Assembly (NCBI GenBank): GCA_947454665.1
Contig: CANGMU010000001.1
Span: 1 to 40,688, forward strand
Source: Pseudomonadota bacterium
GTDB taxonomy: Bacteria; Pseudomonadota; Gammaproteobacteria; Steroidobacterales; Steroidobacteraceae
DNA: 40,688 nt
Direction: 5' to 3'
A program made the position numbers and the translations under genes. The notes under the pieces are model-generated. The model was not told the DNA's origin and ran no database searches. It saw only the letters and a list, made by a program, of their open reading frames with translations. This document shows positions 9,260 through 17,134 of this stretch, piece after piece. Every line of letters begins with the position of its first letter. The stretch's first letter is position 1.

Positions 9260-11758
9260 TCAGAACTTGCGCTCGACCGACAGGGCGTAGGTGCGCGGCT
9301 TGCCCGGGACACCCGTGACACCGCCGAACGCCGTCGTCACGTCGCTGACCGACTGGAAGTAGTACTTGTCGAAGAGGTTCTGCACCTCCGCGGCAACCTT
9401 CCAGTTCTTGTCGCTGGCCCACGTCACATGCGCGTTCGCGAGGAAGCGGCCATCGACACGGCTCCAGGAGGTGTTCTCCGCAGTCGTGTACAGCTTGCCC
9501 TGGTAAGCACCATCCACGCGGTAGCTGATCTTGCCCGAGGCGATCTGCTGGTCGTACTGGGCGCCCACGGCGTAGGCCGTCTTCGGCGTGTACGGCGTGA
9601 TGGCGCTGCCCGGGATGCCCGTGTTGACCAGGTTGCCACCCGAAGTCGCCGTGGTGTAACCGAAGTCGAGGTAGCTGAAGCTGCCATCGAACGACAGGTT
9701 ATCCGTGGCGTACACGCGGGCTTCCAGCTCCGCACCCTTCACGTCGGCAGCGCCGATGTTCGAAGGACGCAGGCAGGGCGTCGGCAGGCTCGATTCCGGG
9801 CACTGGGCCTTGCCAAGGATGATGTCCTTGTACTTGTTCAGGAACACCGCACCGTTCAGGCGGACGCGACGCTCCATGAGGTCAGCCTTGAAGCCGGCTT
9901 CGTAGGTCGTCAGCGTTTCCGGGTTGAACGGCAGCTTCTGGTCGGCCACGAACGGACGCGGGTTCACGCCGCCGCCCTTGAAGCCCGTCGAAACCGAGGC
10001 GTAAGCCATGAAGTTTTCGTTGAAGCGGTAGTCACCGACCAGGCGCCAGTCCAGGCGATCGCCCGAGAAGCTGCCCGTGACGTTATAGATGCCCGCGAGG
10101 ATGCAGTTCGGGTACATCAGGACCGTCGGGCCAGGGCCGCCGAAGCACTGCGCCGGGCTCGGCACGCTGCTGTCCGGGTTCGAACGGTAGTAGGTGTAGT
10201 CCTTCTTGTCCTTCGTGTAGCGCAGGCCACCCGTGACGCTGAACGCATCGGACGGGTGCAGCGTCGCCGTGGCGAAGACCGCCTTCGTGTTGCTCGGCGT
10301 GGTGTCCGGGCCATGCAGGAAGTCGATGGTCGGGCTGACGTAGTTCAGGTCGACGCGGGCGGTGTAGGTGCCCTTCTGGTCGAGGTAGCACGCACCGACC
10401 GTACCCTCGGCGAAGCCGTTGCCGGACTTCAGGTTCAAGCGGACTTCAGACGTGAACGCGTGATGGTTCAGCTCGTTGTCCAGCTGGGACAGCGGCAGCG
10501 GGCTGGCGTCCTGGTCCTGACCGAACTTCGAGTTGTACGAGCGGTACGAACCGATGTACACGAACTCGGCGTTGTCGCTGATCTTGTAGTGCGCGTCGGC
10601 GTGGAAGCCCTGGCCGTAGAACTCGGTCGTCGGCAGGGAGAAGTACGGCTTGAACGGCGCCTGAGTCGTCGGGGCCATGCCGTCGAGGAAGTTCGAGTAG
10701 CTGACGAAGCCGGCATCCCAACCCATCAGGTTGCGGCCGGTGTCGCAGCTGTACTTGCCAGCCGGGACGAACTTGCAACCATAAGCGATCGGCGTGCCGT
10801 CCTTGCCCTTCAGCAAGGCAGCAGTGGCCAGCGGCGTGCCGGCCAGCGAGGAGCCCGTCGAGGCCGGGTTGAAGAGCGCCGGGTTGCCCACGGTCGCGCC
10901 CGCGGCGATCAGCACGGTCGGAATGGCTTCCGACTTCTCGCGCGTGTAGTCCGCCGAGAGGTTGATCTCGAGCTGGTCGCTCGGCGTGATGCGCAGGGCC
11001 ATGCGGCCGGCGGTGATGTTCTGGCCGCCCATCGTCTGGTAGTCGGAATTGGCACGACCGCGCGTGTTGGTCTGCGGCACGTTCGACGACGGATGCGTCT
11101 GGCCGTAGTCGAGCATCGCGACGTAGCCTTCGTTGCTGCGGCTCATGCCCGAAACGCGCAGGGCGACCGTGTCGCTCAGGCGGATGTCGGCCATGGCGCG
11201 CGCGGTGATCTCGTTCAGCGAGCCATAGGACAGGCGCACCGAACCCGAGTCATCGCCCTTCGGCTTGGCGCTGAACAGCTTGATGGCGCCGCCGATGGCG
11301 TTCTTGCCAGCCAGCGTGCCCTGCGGGCCGCGAAGGATTTCAACGCGGTCGAGGTCGATCAGCTCGAGCAGCGAGCTCGACAGGGTCGGGATGTACACGT
11401 CGTCGACGTACACGCCTACGCCCGGGTCGAGCGCGTAGTTGAAGTCCGTCTGGCCGACGCCACGGATGAAGGCGATCAGGCCCGAGCCGCCGTTCTGCGG
11501 CTGCGGACGCAGCGACACGTTCGGCGCCTGCGCGGCGACCTGGGCGATGTTGGTCTGGCCACGGGCTTCGAGCATCGCGGCGTTGACGGCCGTGATGGCG
11601 AGCGGCGTGTCCTGGAGGTTCTGCTCACGGAACTGCGCCGTGACGACGACTTCCTGCAAGGCGTCCTTGGATTCATCGGCAGCGATGGCGCTGGTCGAAG
11701 CGGCAAGCGCCGCGCTGACGGCAGCGATGATCTGCCAGGCCTGGGTCTTTTGCTTCAC
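9260..11758 (-). CDS. TonB-dependent receptor
   Basis: GTG start with GGGGGA SD. Signal peptide ...ALAASTSAIA|AD. The plug region is LQEVVVTAQFREQNLQDTPLAITAV. A long beta-barrel-type alternating sequence follows, with a terminal aromatic ...YALSVERKF. Confidence 0.92.
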   Translation of the reverse strand: MKQKTQAWQIIAAVSAALAASTSAIAADESKDALQEVVVTAQFREQNLQDTPLAITAVNAAMLEARGQTNIAQVAAQAPNVSLRPQPQNGGSGLIAFIRGVGQTDFNYALDPGVGVYVDDVYIPTLSSSLLELIDLDRVEILRGPQGTLAGKNAIGGAIKLFSAKPKGDDSGSVRLSYGSLNEITARAMADIRLSDTVALRVSGMSRSNEGYVAMLDYGQTHPSSNVPQTNTRGRANSDYQTMGGQNITAGRMALRITPSDQLEINLSADYTREKSEAIPTVLIAAGATVGNPALFNPASTGSSLAGTPLATAALLKGKDGTPIAYGCKFVPAGKYSCDTGRNLMGWDAGFVSYSNFLDGMAPTTQAPFKPYFSLPTTEFYGQGFHADAHYKISDNAEFVYIGSYRSYNSKFGQDQDASPLPLSQLDNELNHHAFTSEVRLNLKSGNGFAEGTVGACYLDQKGTYTARVDLNYVSPTIDFLHGPDTTPSNTKAVFATATLHPSDAFSVTGGLRYTKDKKDYTYYRSNPDSSVPSPAQCFGGPGPTVLMYPNCILAGIYNVTGSFSGDRLDWRLVGDYRFNENFMAYASVSTGFKGGGVNPRPFVADQKLPFNPETLTTYEAGFKADLMERRVRLNGAVFLNKYKDIILGKAQCPESSLPTPCLRPSNIGAADVKGAELEARVYATDNLSFDGSFSYLDFGYTTATSGGNLVNTGIPGSAITPYTPKTAYAVGAQYDQQIASGKISYRVDGAYQGKLYTTAENTSWSRVDGRFLANAHVTWASDKNWKVAAEVQNLFDKYYFQSVSDVTTAFGGVTGVPGKPRTYALSVERKF

Positions 11759-11795
11759 GCGTCCCCCTTGGACGTAGTTTTCATGGATAGGGCTG

Positions 11796-11812
11796 TTGTA
11801 TTAAAGATACAA
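11796..11812. promoter_or_regulatory. AT-rich palindrome (candidate operator) in the receptor gene leader
   Basis: TTGTAT-taaag-ATACAA has 6-bp arms and a 5-nt spacer, with flanking CTG/CAG extending the symmetry after a 2-nt bulge. It lies between the candidate -10 box and the GTG start. Confidence 0.3.
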
Positions 11813-11825
11813 GACAGCTCGTTCC

Positions 11826-11831
11826 AGTATA
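11826..11831 (-). promoter_or_regulatory. candidate -10 box (TATACT) for the TonB-dependent receptor gene
   Basis: The minus strand reads TTGGTT-17 nt-TATACT, 67 nt upstream of the GTG start, in the most AT-rich patch of the window. Confidence 0.35.
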
Positions 11832-11911
11832 GGCAAATCAACAGGCCAAACCAAGTATTCCGGCCGGCCTGCAGGCGCAGCACCGGCTTGCCGCCCTGTT
11901 GCGATCTTGCG

Positions 11912-13237
11912 TCAGCCCTGCACGTAGATCGCGCGCTCGTGCGAAAACGCCTTGAACCCGAAAACCCCGTGGTAGCTGCCCGTGCCGCTCTGGTTCACGC
12001 CCCCGAAAGGCAGCTGGTTTTCGAGGTAATGCGAAAAGAAGCCGTTGATCGTCACGCCACCCGATGAGGTCCGGCTGAGGATGCGGTCCACGTTGGCCGG
12101 GCTGTGGCTGTAGATGTAGAGCGCCAGCGGCTTGTCCCGACCCGAGACGAACTGGATGGCCTCGTCGAGCTTCTCGTAGGTCATGACGGGAACGACGGGC
12201 CCGAAAATCTCCTCCTGCATGATCAGCATGTCGGGCGTGACGCCGGTGAGCAGCGTGGGATGGATGGTCCGGTCGCCGGCCTCCAGCACGCCACCCACGG
12301 CGATCCGGGCCCCCTTGCCCACCGCGTCATCGAACAGCGTCTGGATCCGCGCGAAGTTCTGGTCGTTGACGATCTGCGCGATGTTTTCCTTCTTGATGCT
12401 GCCGTCCTCGCGGTAGAGGTTCTGCTGCACGCGGGCGCGGAATGCCTCGACCAGCCCGTCCTGCTGCTGCGGCGTGACCAGGACATAGTCCGGGCAGATG
12501 CAGGCCTGACCGCCGTTGAACTGCTTGGCGCCTGCCAGATCGGCCGCGACCTTCCGGATGTCCGCGTCCGCATCCACGATGACCGGCGACTTGCCGCCGA
12601 GTTCCAGGGTGACGCTGGCCAGGTTGCGGGCTGCCGCGGCCATGACGAGCTTGCCGACGCGCGTGCTGCCGGTGAAGAAGATGTGGTTGAACGGCAGGTC
12701 GAGCAGCGCGGTCGCCACGTCCACCTCGCCTTCGAACACGGCGACTTCCTGTTCCTCGAAAGCTTCCCGGACGATGCGGGCCGCGATGTGTGCCGTTGCC
12801 GGGCACAGGTCGGTGAGCTTGACCATGCAGCAGTTGCCCGCGGCAATCGCCGCGGCCAGCGGCCCCATGACCAGTCCGAGGGGGAAGTTCCAGGGGCCCA
12901 GGATCAGGCAGACACCACGGGCTTCGTAGACGATCCTGGCCGTGTCGTTCTTGTTCAGGGACGGCACCACCTCGACCGGCTTCATCCACTCGTCGAGGTT
13001 CGCGATGTTGCGGTCGATGTTGGACAGGACGTTCAGGACTTCGGTGACGCGGATCTCGGTCTCGGGCTTGCGGGTGTCCTGCCGCACGGCCGCGACGATC
13101 TCCTCGGCATGAGATTCAAAGACCGATTTCAGCCTGCGCAGCTTTTCCTTGCGCTGCTCGGCGGTGCTCGCCTTCACGGACCACTGGTTTGACTGCTGCA
13201 GGGCAAAGACGCGTTGGATGTCTGCGAAAACGGTCAA
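11912..13237 (-). CDS. aldehyde dehydrogenase, ALDH3/coniferyl-aldehyde-dehydrogenase-like
   Basis: Motifs GPWNFPL, FTGSTRVGK, ELGGKSP, catalytic Cys in NGGQACICPDYVLV, and EEIFGPV. Start is proposed at TTG 13235-13237 (GGAGA 6 nt upstream); the ORF-track start at 13303 is the alternative. Confidence 0.87.
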   Translation of the reverse strand: MTVFADIQRVFALQQSNQWSVKASTAEQRKEKLRRLKSVFESHAEEIVAAVRQDTRKPETEIRVTEVLNVLSNIDRNIANLDEWMKPVEVVPSLNKNDTARIVYEARGVCLILGPWNFPLGLVMGPLAAAIAAGNCCMVKLTDLCPATAHIAARIVREAFEEQEVAVFEGEVDVATALLDLPFNHIFFTGSTRVGKLVMAAAARNLASVTLELGGKSPVIVDADADIRKVAADLAGAKQFNGGQACICPDYVLVTPQQQDGLVEAFRARVQQNLYREDGSIKKENIAQIVNDQNFARIQTLFDDAVGKGARIAVGGVLEAGDRTIHPTLLTGVTPDMLIMQEEIFGPVVPVMTYEKLDEAIQFVSGRDKPLALYIYSHSPANVDRILSRTSSGGVTINGFFSHYLENQLPFGGVNQSGTGSYHGVFGFKAFSHERAIYVQG

Positions 13238-13428
13238 GGGGATCTCCAGATAGCGGGGAGCGCAAAGCCCGACAGGGCCCGAAATGCTAGCACCGGGGCA
13301 CACCGGGGAATGCCGTCAAAGTGGCTGCTCAGGTCAGGCAGGCGCAAGCCGGCCATGGCACTATCAGGTGCCTGCCATCCGCAGGTCAGCAAAGCGCGCC
13401 CAGATGCGCCGACAAGGGGTCTCCAGCC

Positions 13429-14526
13429 GTGCCATCCCTGACGCTTCTGAAGCAGCAAAAGCGGCTGCTGGTCCGGCGCCATGCACAGTCGAGTAACTGG
13501 ATCGGCCTCTGGCAGGTCACCACGACGCTGGTGCCGCTGGGCCTGCTGGGCTGGGCGGCCATCGCCAGCCAGTCCATCTCCCTGTGGCTTTCCGCAGCGT
13601 GCACGGTGGCCCTGAGCCTGCTGATGGTCCGCGTCTTTGCGCTGATGCACGAATGTGGCCACGGCAGCCTGTGCCGCACGCAGTGGCTGAACCGGCTCTG
13701 GGGTTTCGTGTTCGGCGTGCTGTCGGGCATGCCCCAGTACGTCTGGGCGCAACACCACGATTACCACCATCGCACCAATGGCAACTGGGATCGGTACCGG
13801 GGGCCGCTGTCCACGCTGTCGGTCGAAGAGTTCGACGCGATGAGCGAAAGCCAGCGTCGCAACTGGCTGCGCGCACGACGCCTGTCCCTGGCGCCGCTCG
13901 GCGGCTTCGTCTATTTGATCTTCAATCCCCGCTTCAACTGGATGAAGGGCCTGCTGGCCTGGCTGCGGTATGGACTGCGCGGTGGATGGCGCGACACGGT
14001 GCCCGCGTTCCAGACGCGCTACTGGCGCACACGCCGCGAGTTCTGGCACATGACCGCCAACAACGTCGTGCTGCTGTCGCTGTGGGCGCTGCTGACGGCA
14101 AAGCTGGGCGCCGCGGCGTTCTTTCCGGTGTACCTGATCAGCGTCTCGGTCGCCGGCGGCGTGGGCATCGCCCTGTTCACCGTGCAGCACAACTTCGATG
14201 CGGCCTATGCAGCCCGTGACGAAGACTGGGACCTGGACAGCGGTGCCTTGCACGGCACGAGCTTCCTGGTGCTGCCGGGCTGGCTCAACTGGATGACCGC
14301 CAACATCGGCTTCCACCACATCCACCACTTGTCGGCGGCGATACCGGGCTATCGCTTGCCGCAATGCCATGCGGAATACGCCGAGCTCTTCGCCTCGGTC
14401 CGGCGCATCACGCTGCGGGAAATTCCGGCGCAGCTGCGCTGCCTGCTCTGGGACAAGCAGACCCAGCAGATCATCTCGGCCGACGCCTACGTCCGCGCGC
14501 AAACTGAACACGGGGAACCCGCATGA
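13429..14526 (+). CDS. membrane fatty-acid-desaturase-family protein (three His boxes)
   Basis: His boxes HECGH, HHDYHH and HHIHH, separated by hydrophobic stretches. Start is uncertain: GTG 13429 (AAGGGG 9 nt upstream, gives MPSLTLLKQQ...) is preferred over GTG 13321. The stop overlaps the next start (ATGA). Confidence 0.8.
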   Translation: MPSLTLLKQQKRLLVRRHAQSSNWIGLWQVTTTLVPLGLLGWAAIASQSISLWLSAACTVALSLLMVRVFALMHECGHGSLCRTQWLNRLWGFVFGVLSGMPQYVWAQHHDYHHRTNGNWDRYRGPLSTLSVEEFDAMSESQRRNWLRARRLSLAPLGGFVYLIFNPRFNWMKGLLAWLRYGLRGGWRDTVPAFQTRYWRTRREFWHMTANNVVLLSLWALLTAKLGAAAFFPVYLISVSVAGGVGIALFTVQHNFDAAYAARDEDWDLDSGALHGTSFLVLPGWLNWMTANIGFHHIHHLSAAIPGYRLPQCHAEYAELFASVRRITLREIPAQLRCLLWDKQTQQIISADAYVRAQTEHGEPA

Positions 14527-16286
14527 AATCGACCTGGCTTGGAGCCGTAGGCCTTTACCTGCTCAGCTCGATCTGTGCAGCGCAGCTGCCACCCGGCGTC
14601 ACGCCGGAGATGATCGCCTCCTCGCTGCCTGAAGAAGGCGCGGTCAAGGCCGAGCCCGGCCGCTACGCCGTGACGTCTGAAGCGGCATTTGCCAGCGAAG
14701 GGCTCAAGGTGTTCCGCCCGGCCAGTCTCGACCGCTTTCCGCGGCAGGACACGCTGCCCGTGGTGGTCTGGGGCAATGGCGGCTGCGCGATCGACAACGC
14801 CCGCTACACCGGCTTCCTGGAGACCATCGCGTCGCAGGGCTTCCTGGTGGTGACTACCACGGCAGCACCCGCAGCGGTGACGCCGGGCGCGACCGCAGCG
14901 CGTCGTCAGGCCACAGCCGGCGACCTGGCGTCGGCGATCGACTGGGCCCTGCACGAAAACGAGCGAGCCGGATCGGCGCTGCTGGGCAAGGTCGACACGA
15001 AACACATCGCCGTGATGGGCCAATCCTGCGGCGGCCGTCTGTCGCTGGAACTGGGGACCGACCCACGCGTGGGCACCATCGGTGTATTCAACATGGGACT
15101 GCAGCCCGGCCAGTTCAATCAGCTCGCGAAATTGCATGGCCCTGTGCTGCTGATCAACGGCCACGAGCGCGACTTCATGTTCGGCCAGTCGAAGGCCACC
15201 TTCGATGCACTCGAAACGTTGCCCGTGTTCTACGGTTCCCGGCACGGCGCGGGCCATACGGGCACGTCCTACCACGCGGGTGGTGGCGAGTTCGCCAACG
15301 TGGCAGCGAACTGGGTGCGCTGGCAGTTCAAGCAGGATCGCAAGGCCTCGCAGATGTTCGTGGGTGACCACTGCGGGCTGTGCACGAACAAAAACTGGGA
15401 CGTGGCCGCCAAACGGCTGGCTTTCGCCTCGGCGGCCACGGCAGTGGCCCTGCCCCTGCCCCCCTGCGATCGCGAGTGCCTGCGCGGCGCGCTGGGCCAG
15501 GTGCTCTATGCCTTCGTCGATCACGACGTCAGCAAACTGCCCGTCGCGGCAAACCTGCGCGTCACCGAAGACGGTGTCGAGAAGGCGCTCGACAAGGTGG
15601 GCCTCGTCCGCAGCGTGACGCGGCTGCGCGGTTACCGGCAGGATGTCATCGACGAACGGACGGGGCAGGTCCTGGCAGGCGTGCTGGTGGAAGAATCCGG
15701 CGCGCCGGTGATCCTCGTCGTGCGGGTGAAGGTCGAGGGCGACAGGCTGCGCGAGCTGGAACTGATCAGTACGCGCAGCCGTACTGACGGGATGATCTTC
15801 GCGATCGATCATTTCACCGTGGCCCGCAAGGCCATGAGCGTCGTGCCCCGCCCTGCGCAGCTCGCGACGCGCGCGGAGGCGCTGGAGATCGCCCTGCATT
15901 ACCCGCGCGGGCTGAACTCGGCGAAGACCTTCAATGCCGTGGACACGCCATTCGCGCCGGAGGCGCGACGCATCGAGAACGGCGCCCTGATGGCGGGCCC
16001 GGGCTGCACCTTCAACAAGGGCTGCGAGGACATCGGGAACCAGCCGCTCACGATCTTCGAACGGCTCGGCAAGGTGACGCTGCGCGATGCCGTGGTCGAC
16101 GAACGGACCGGTATCGTCGCGCTGCGGCTGTCCTGGAACCAGAGCGGCCCGGGCTCGGACAAGCTGACGGCCTGGGAGTTGTTCAAGGTCTGGGACCGCC
16201 AGATCCACGCGGTCGAAGCCTATATCCGCCTGTTCAAGCCGGAACAGGAGCTTGGCGGCTGGCCGCTGCGCGTCGCGCAGCCCTGA
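14523..16286 (+). CDS. secreted alpha/beta hydrolase (GQSCG nucleophile elbow) fused to a ~275-aa C-terminal extension
   Basis: Sec signal MKSTWLGAVGLYLLSSICAA|Q. Hydrolase features are VMGQSCGGRLSL (Ser ~15024..15026), INGHERD and GAGHTG. The hydrolase core ends near KRLAF (~aa 300), and the remainder (~15465..16283) has NTF2-like sequence character. Confidence 0.85.
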   Translation: MKSTWLGAVGLYLLSSICAAQLPPGVTPEMIASSLPEEGAVKAEPGRYAVTSEAAFASEGLKVFRPASLDRFPRQDTLPVVVWGNGGCAIDNARYTGFLETIASQGFLVVTTTAAPAAVTPGATAARRQATAGDLASAIDWALHENERAGSALLGKVDTKHIAVMGQSCGGRLSLELGTDPRVGTIGVFNMGLQPGQFNQLAKLHGPVLLINGHERDFMFGQSKATFDALETLPVFYGSRHGAGHTGTSYHAGGGEFANVAANWVRWQFKQDRKASQMFVGDHCGLCTNKNWDVAAKRLAFASAATAVALPLPPCDRECLRGALGQVLYAFVDHDVSKLPVAANLRVTEDGVEKALDKVGLVRSVTRLRGYRQDVIDERTGQVLAGVLVEESGAPVILVVRVKVEGDRLRELELISTRSRTDGMIFAIDHFTVARKAMSVVPRPAQLATRAEALEIALHYPRGLNSAKTFNAVDTPFAPEARRIENGALMAGPGCTFNKGCEDIGNQPLTIFERLGKVTLRDAVVDERTGIVALRLSWNQSGPGSDKLTAWELFKVWDRQIHAVEAYIRLFKPEQELGGWPLRVAQP

Positions 16287-16348
16287 CGCCAGCGCGACGG
16301 CAGCTAGCGGTTCGTGCCGTGCATCGACAAGGAAACAAAGGGGGCTCC

Positions 16349-17080
16349 ATGCAACGGATACATTTCGCCATCGTCGTCGCGGCCGGGCTGGTGTTTTCAG
16401 CGCCGCCTTCCGGCTCTGCCGAATCGCACCCGGACCTGACCGGCGTCTGGACCAGCGCGGACGGCGCGGGACGTCGCGACGCAACGGGAACCACGATTCC
16501 CCTCAAGCCCGACGCAAAGCGACGTCACGACACGTTCAACAAGCTCGTGGAGCCTTCCGGCGACACGCCGGGGGGCGTGTGCCTGGGGGCCGGCATGCCG
16601 GGTGCCATGCTCGGTGCCGGGGGCTATCCCATGGAGATCATCCAGCGGCCTGAACAAATCACGCTCATCTACGAATTGCACGGCGAAACGCGACGCGTGT
16701 ATTTCGGCGACCGCAATGCGCCCGAGGCCGACCGCGTGCCGGGCCGCAGCGGCTATTCCAGCGGTCACTGGGATGGCGATGTACTCGTCGTGGAGACGAA
16801 CAACCTGGTCGAGCAGTTGGACCAGCGCACCACCCCGCATTCGGAGGATGCCGTGATCGTCGAGCGATACCGCCTGGATGGCGTCGACGAACAAGGGCGC
16901 CGCATCCTTTCAGCCGAGCTGACGATGACCGATCCGACGTTCTACAGCGCACCGGTCACACTCACGCGAAAGTGGGCGCAGGTGCCCAACGGCCGTCTGC
17001 TGCCCTATGAATGCAACGAGGAATTCTGGCGGGAACGGCTCCAGTCACTCGCCCGGAAAGCTGGCATGAAACTCCCCTGA
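16349..17080 (+). CDS. exported protein, GHSIGxWEGxxLVV-module family (paralogue 2)
   Basis: ATG 16349 is preceded by AAGGGGG. Sec signal MQRIHFAIVVAAGLVFSAPPSGSA|E. Module motifs are VCLGAGMPGAM...MEIIQRP...RRVYFGD...SSGHWDGDVLVVET...VERYRLD...MTDPTFY...YECNEE. Confidence 0.85.
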   Translation: MQRIHFAIVVAAGLVFSAPPSGSAESHPDLTGVWTSADGAGRRDATGTTIPLKPDAKRRHDTFNKLVEPSGDTPGGVCLGAGMPGAMLGAGGYPMEIIQRPEQITLIYELHGETRRVYFGDRNAPEADRVPGRSGYSSGHWDGDVLVVETNNLVEQLDQRTTPHSEDAVIVERYRLDGVDEQGRRILSAELTMTDPTFYSAPVTLTRKWAQVPNGRLLPYECNEEFWRERLQSLARKAGMKLP

Positions 17081-17134
17081 AGAACCTGGCGAAAGCGGAC
17101 GCCACGCGATGTGGCTCAGCCCCGCCGCGGTGAT

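Noticed and set aside
11860-11876. Short GC palindromes: CCGGCCGG and GCCTGCAGGC here, CTGCGCGCAG at 18009..18018, and CGCTAGCG near 27275.
   Set aside because: They have no loop and so cannot form hairpins. They are restriction-site-like sequences expected by chance in GC-rich DNA, and they are not repeated as a family.
11759-11911. I looked for a cobalamin or other riboswitch and for a Fur box upstream of the TonB-dependent receptor gene.
   Set aside because: I could recognise no B12-box-like core and no iron-box-like 19-mer. The leader is also short (about 60 nt from the candidate -10 box).
9428-12067. An 879-aa ORF antisense to the TonB-dependent receptor gene. Similar very long shadow ORFs include 5330..6580, 14487..16484, 18210..19865, 20007..21011, 20995..22263, 22488..23660, 23715..25142, 30804..32033, 31873..33237, 33188..34333, 34869..36026, 36241..37203 and 37851..39749.
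   Set aside because: The products are R/A/G/D/H/V-rich and low in complexity, with no recognisable motifs. In every case the opposite strand encodes a protein with a clear family signature. Long open antisense frames are expected in DNA this GC-rich.
13321-13428. Upstream GTG start (13321) for the desaturase-like gene.
   Set aside because: The 36 extra residues (MAAQVRQAQAGHGTIRCLPSAGQQSAPRCADKGSPA) look non-native, while GTG 13429 has an AAGGGG SD. The choice remains uncertain, and N-terminal proteomics or homologue alignment would settle it.
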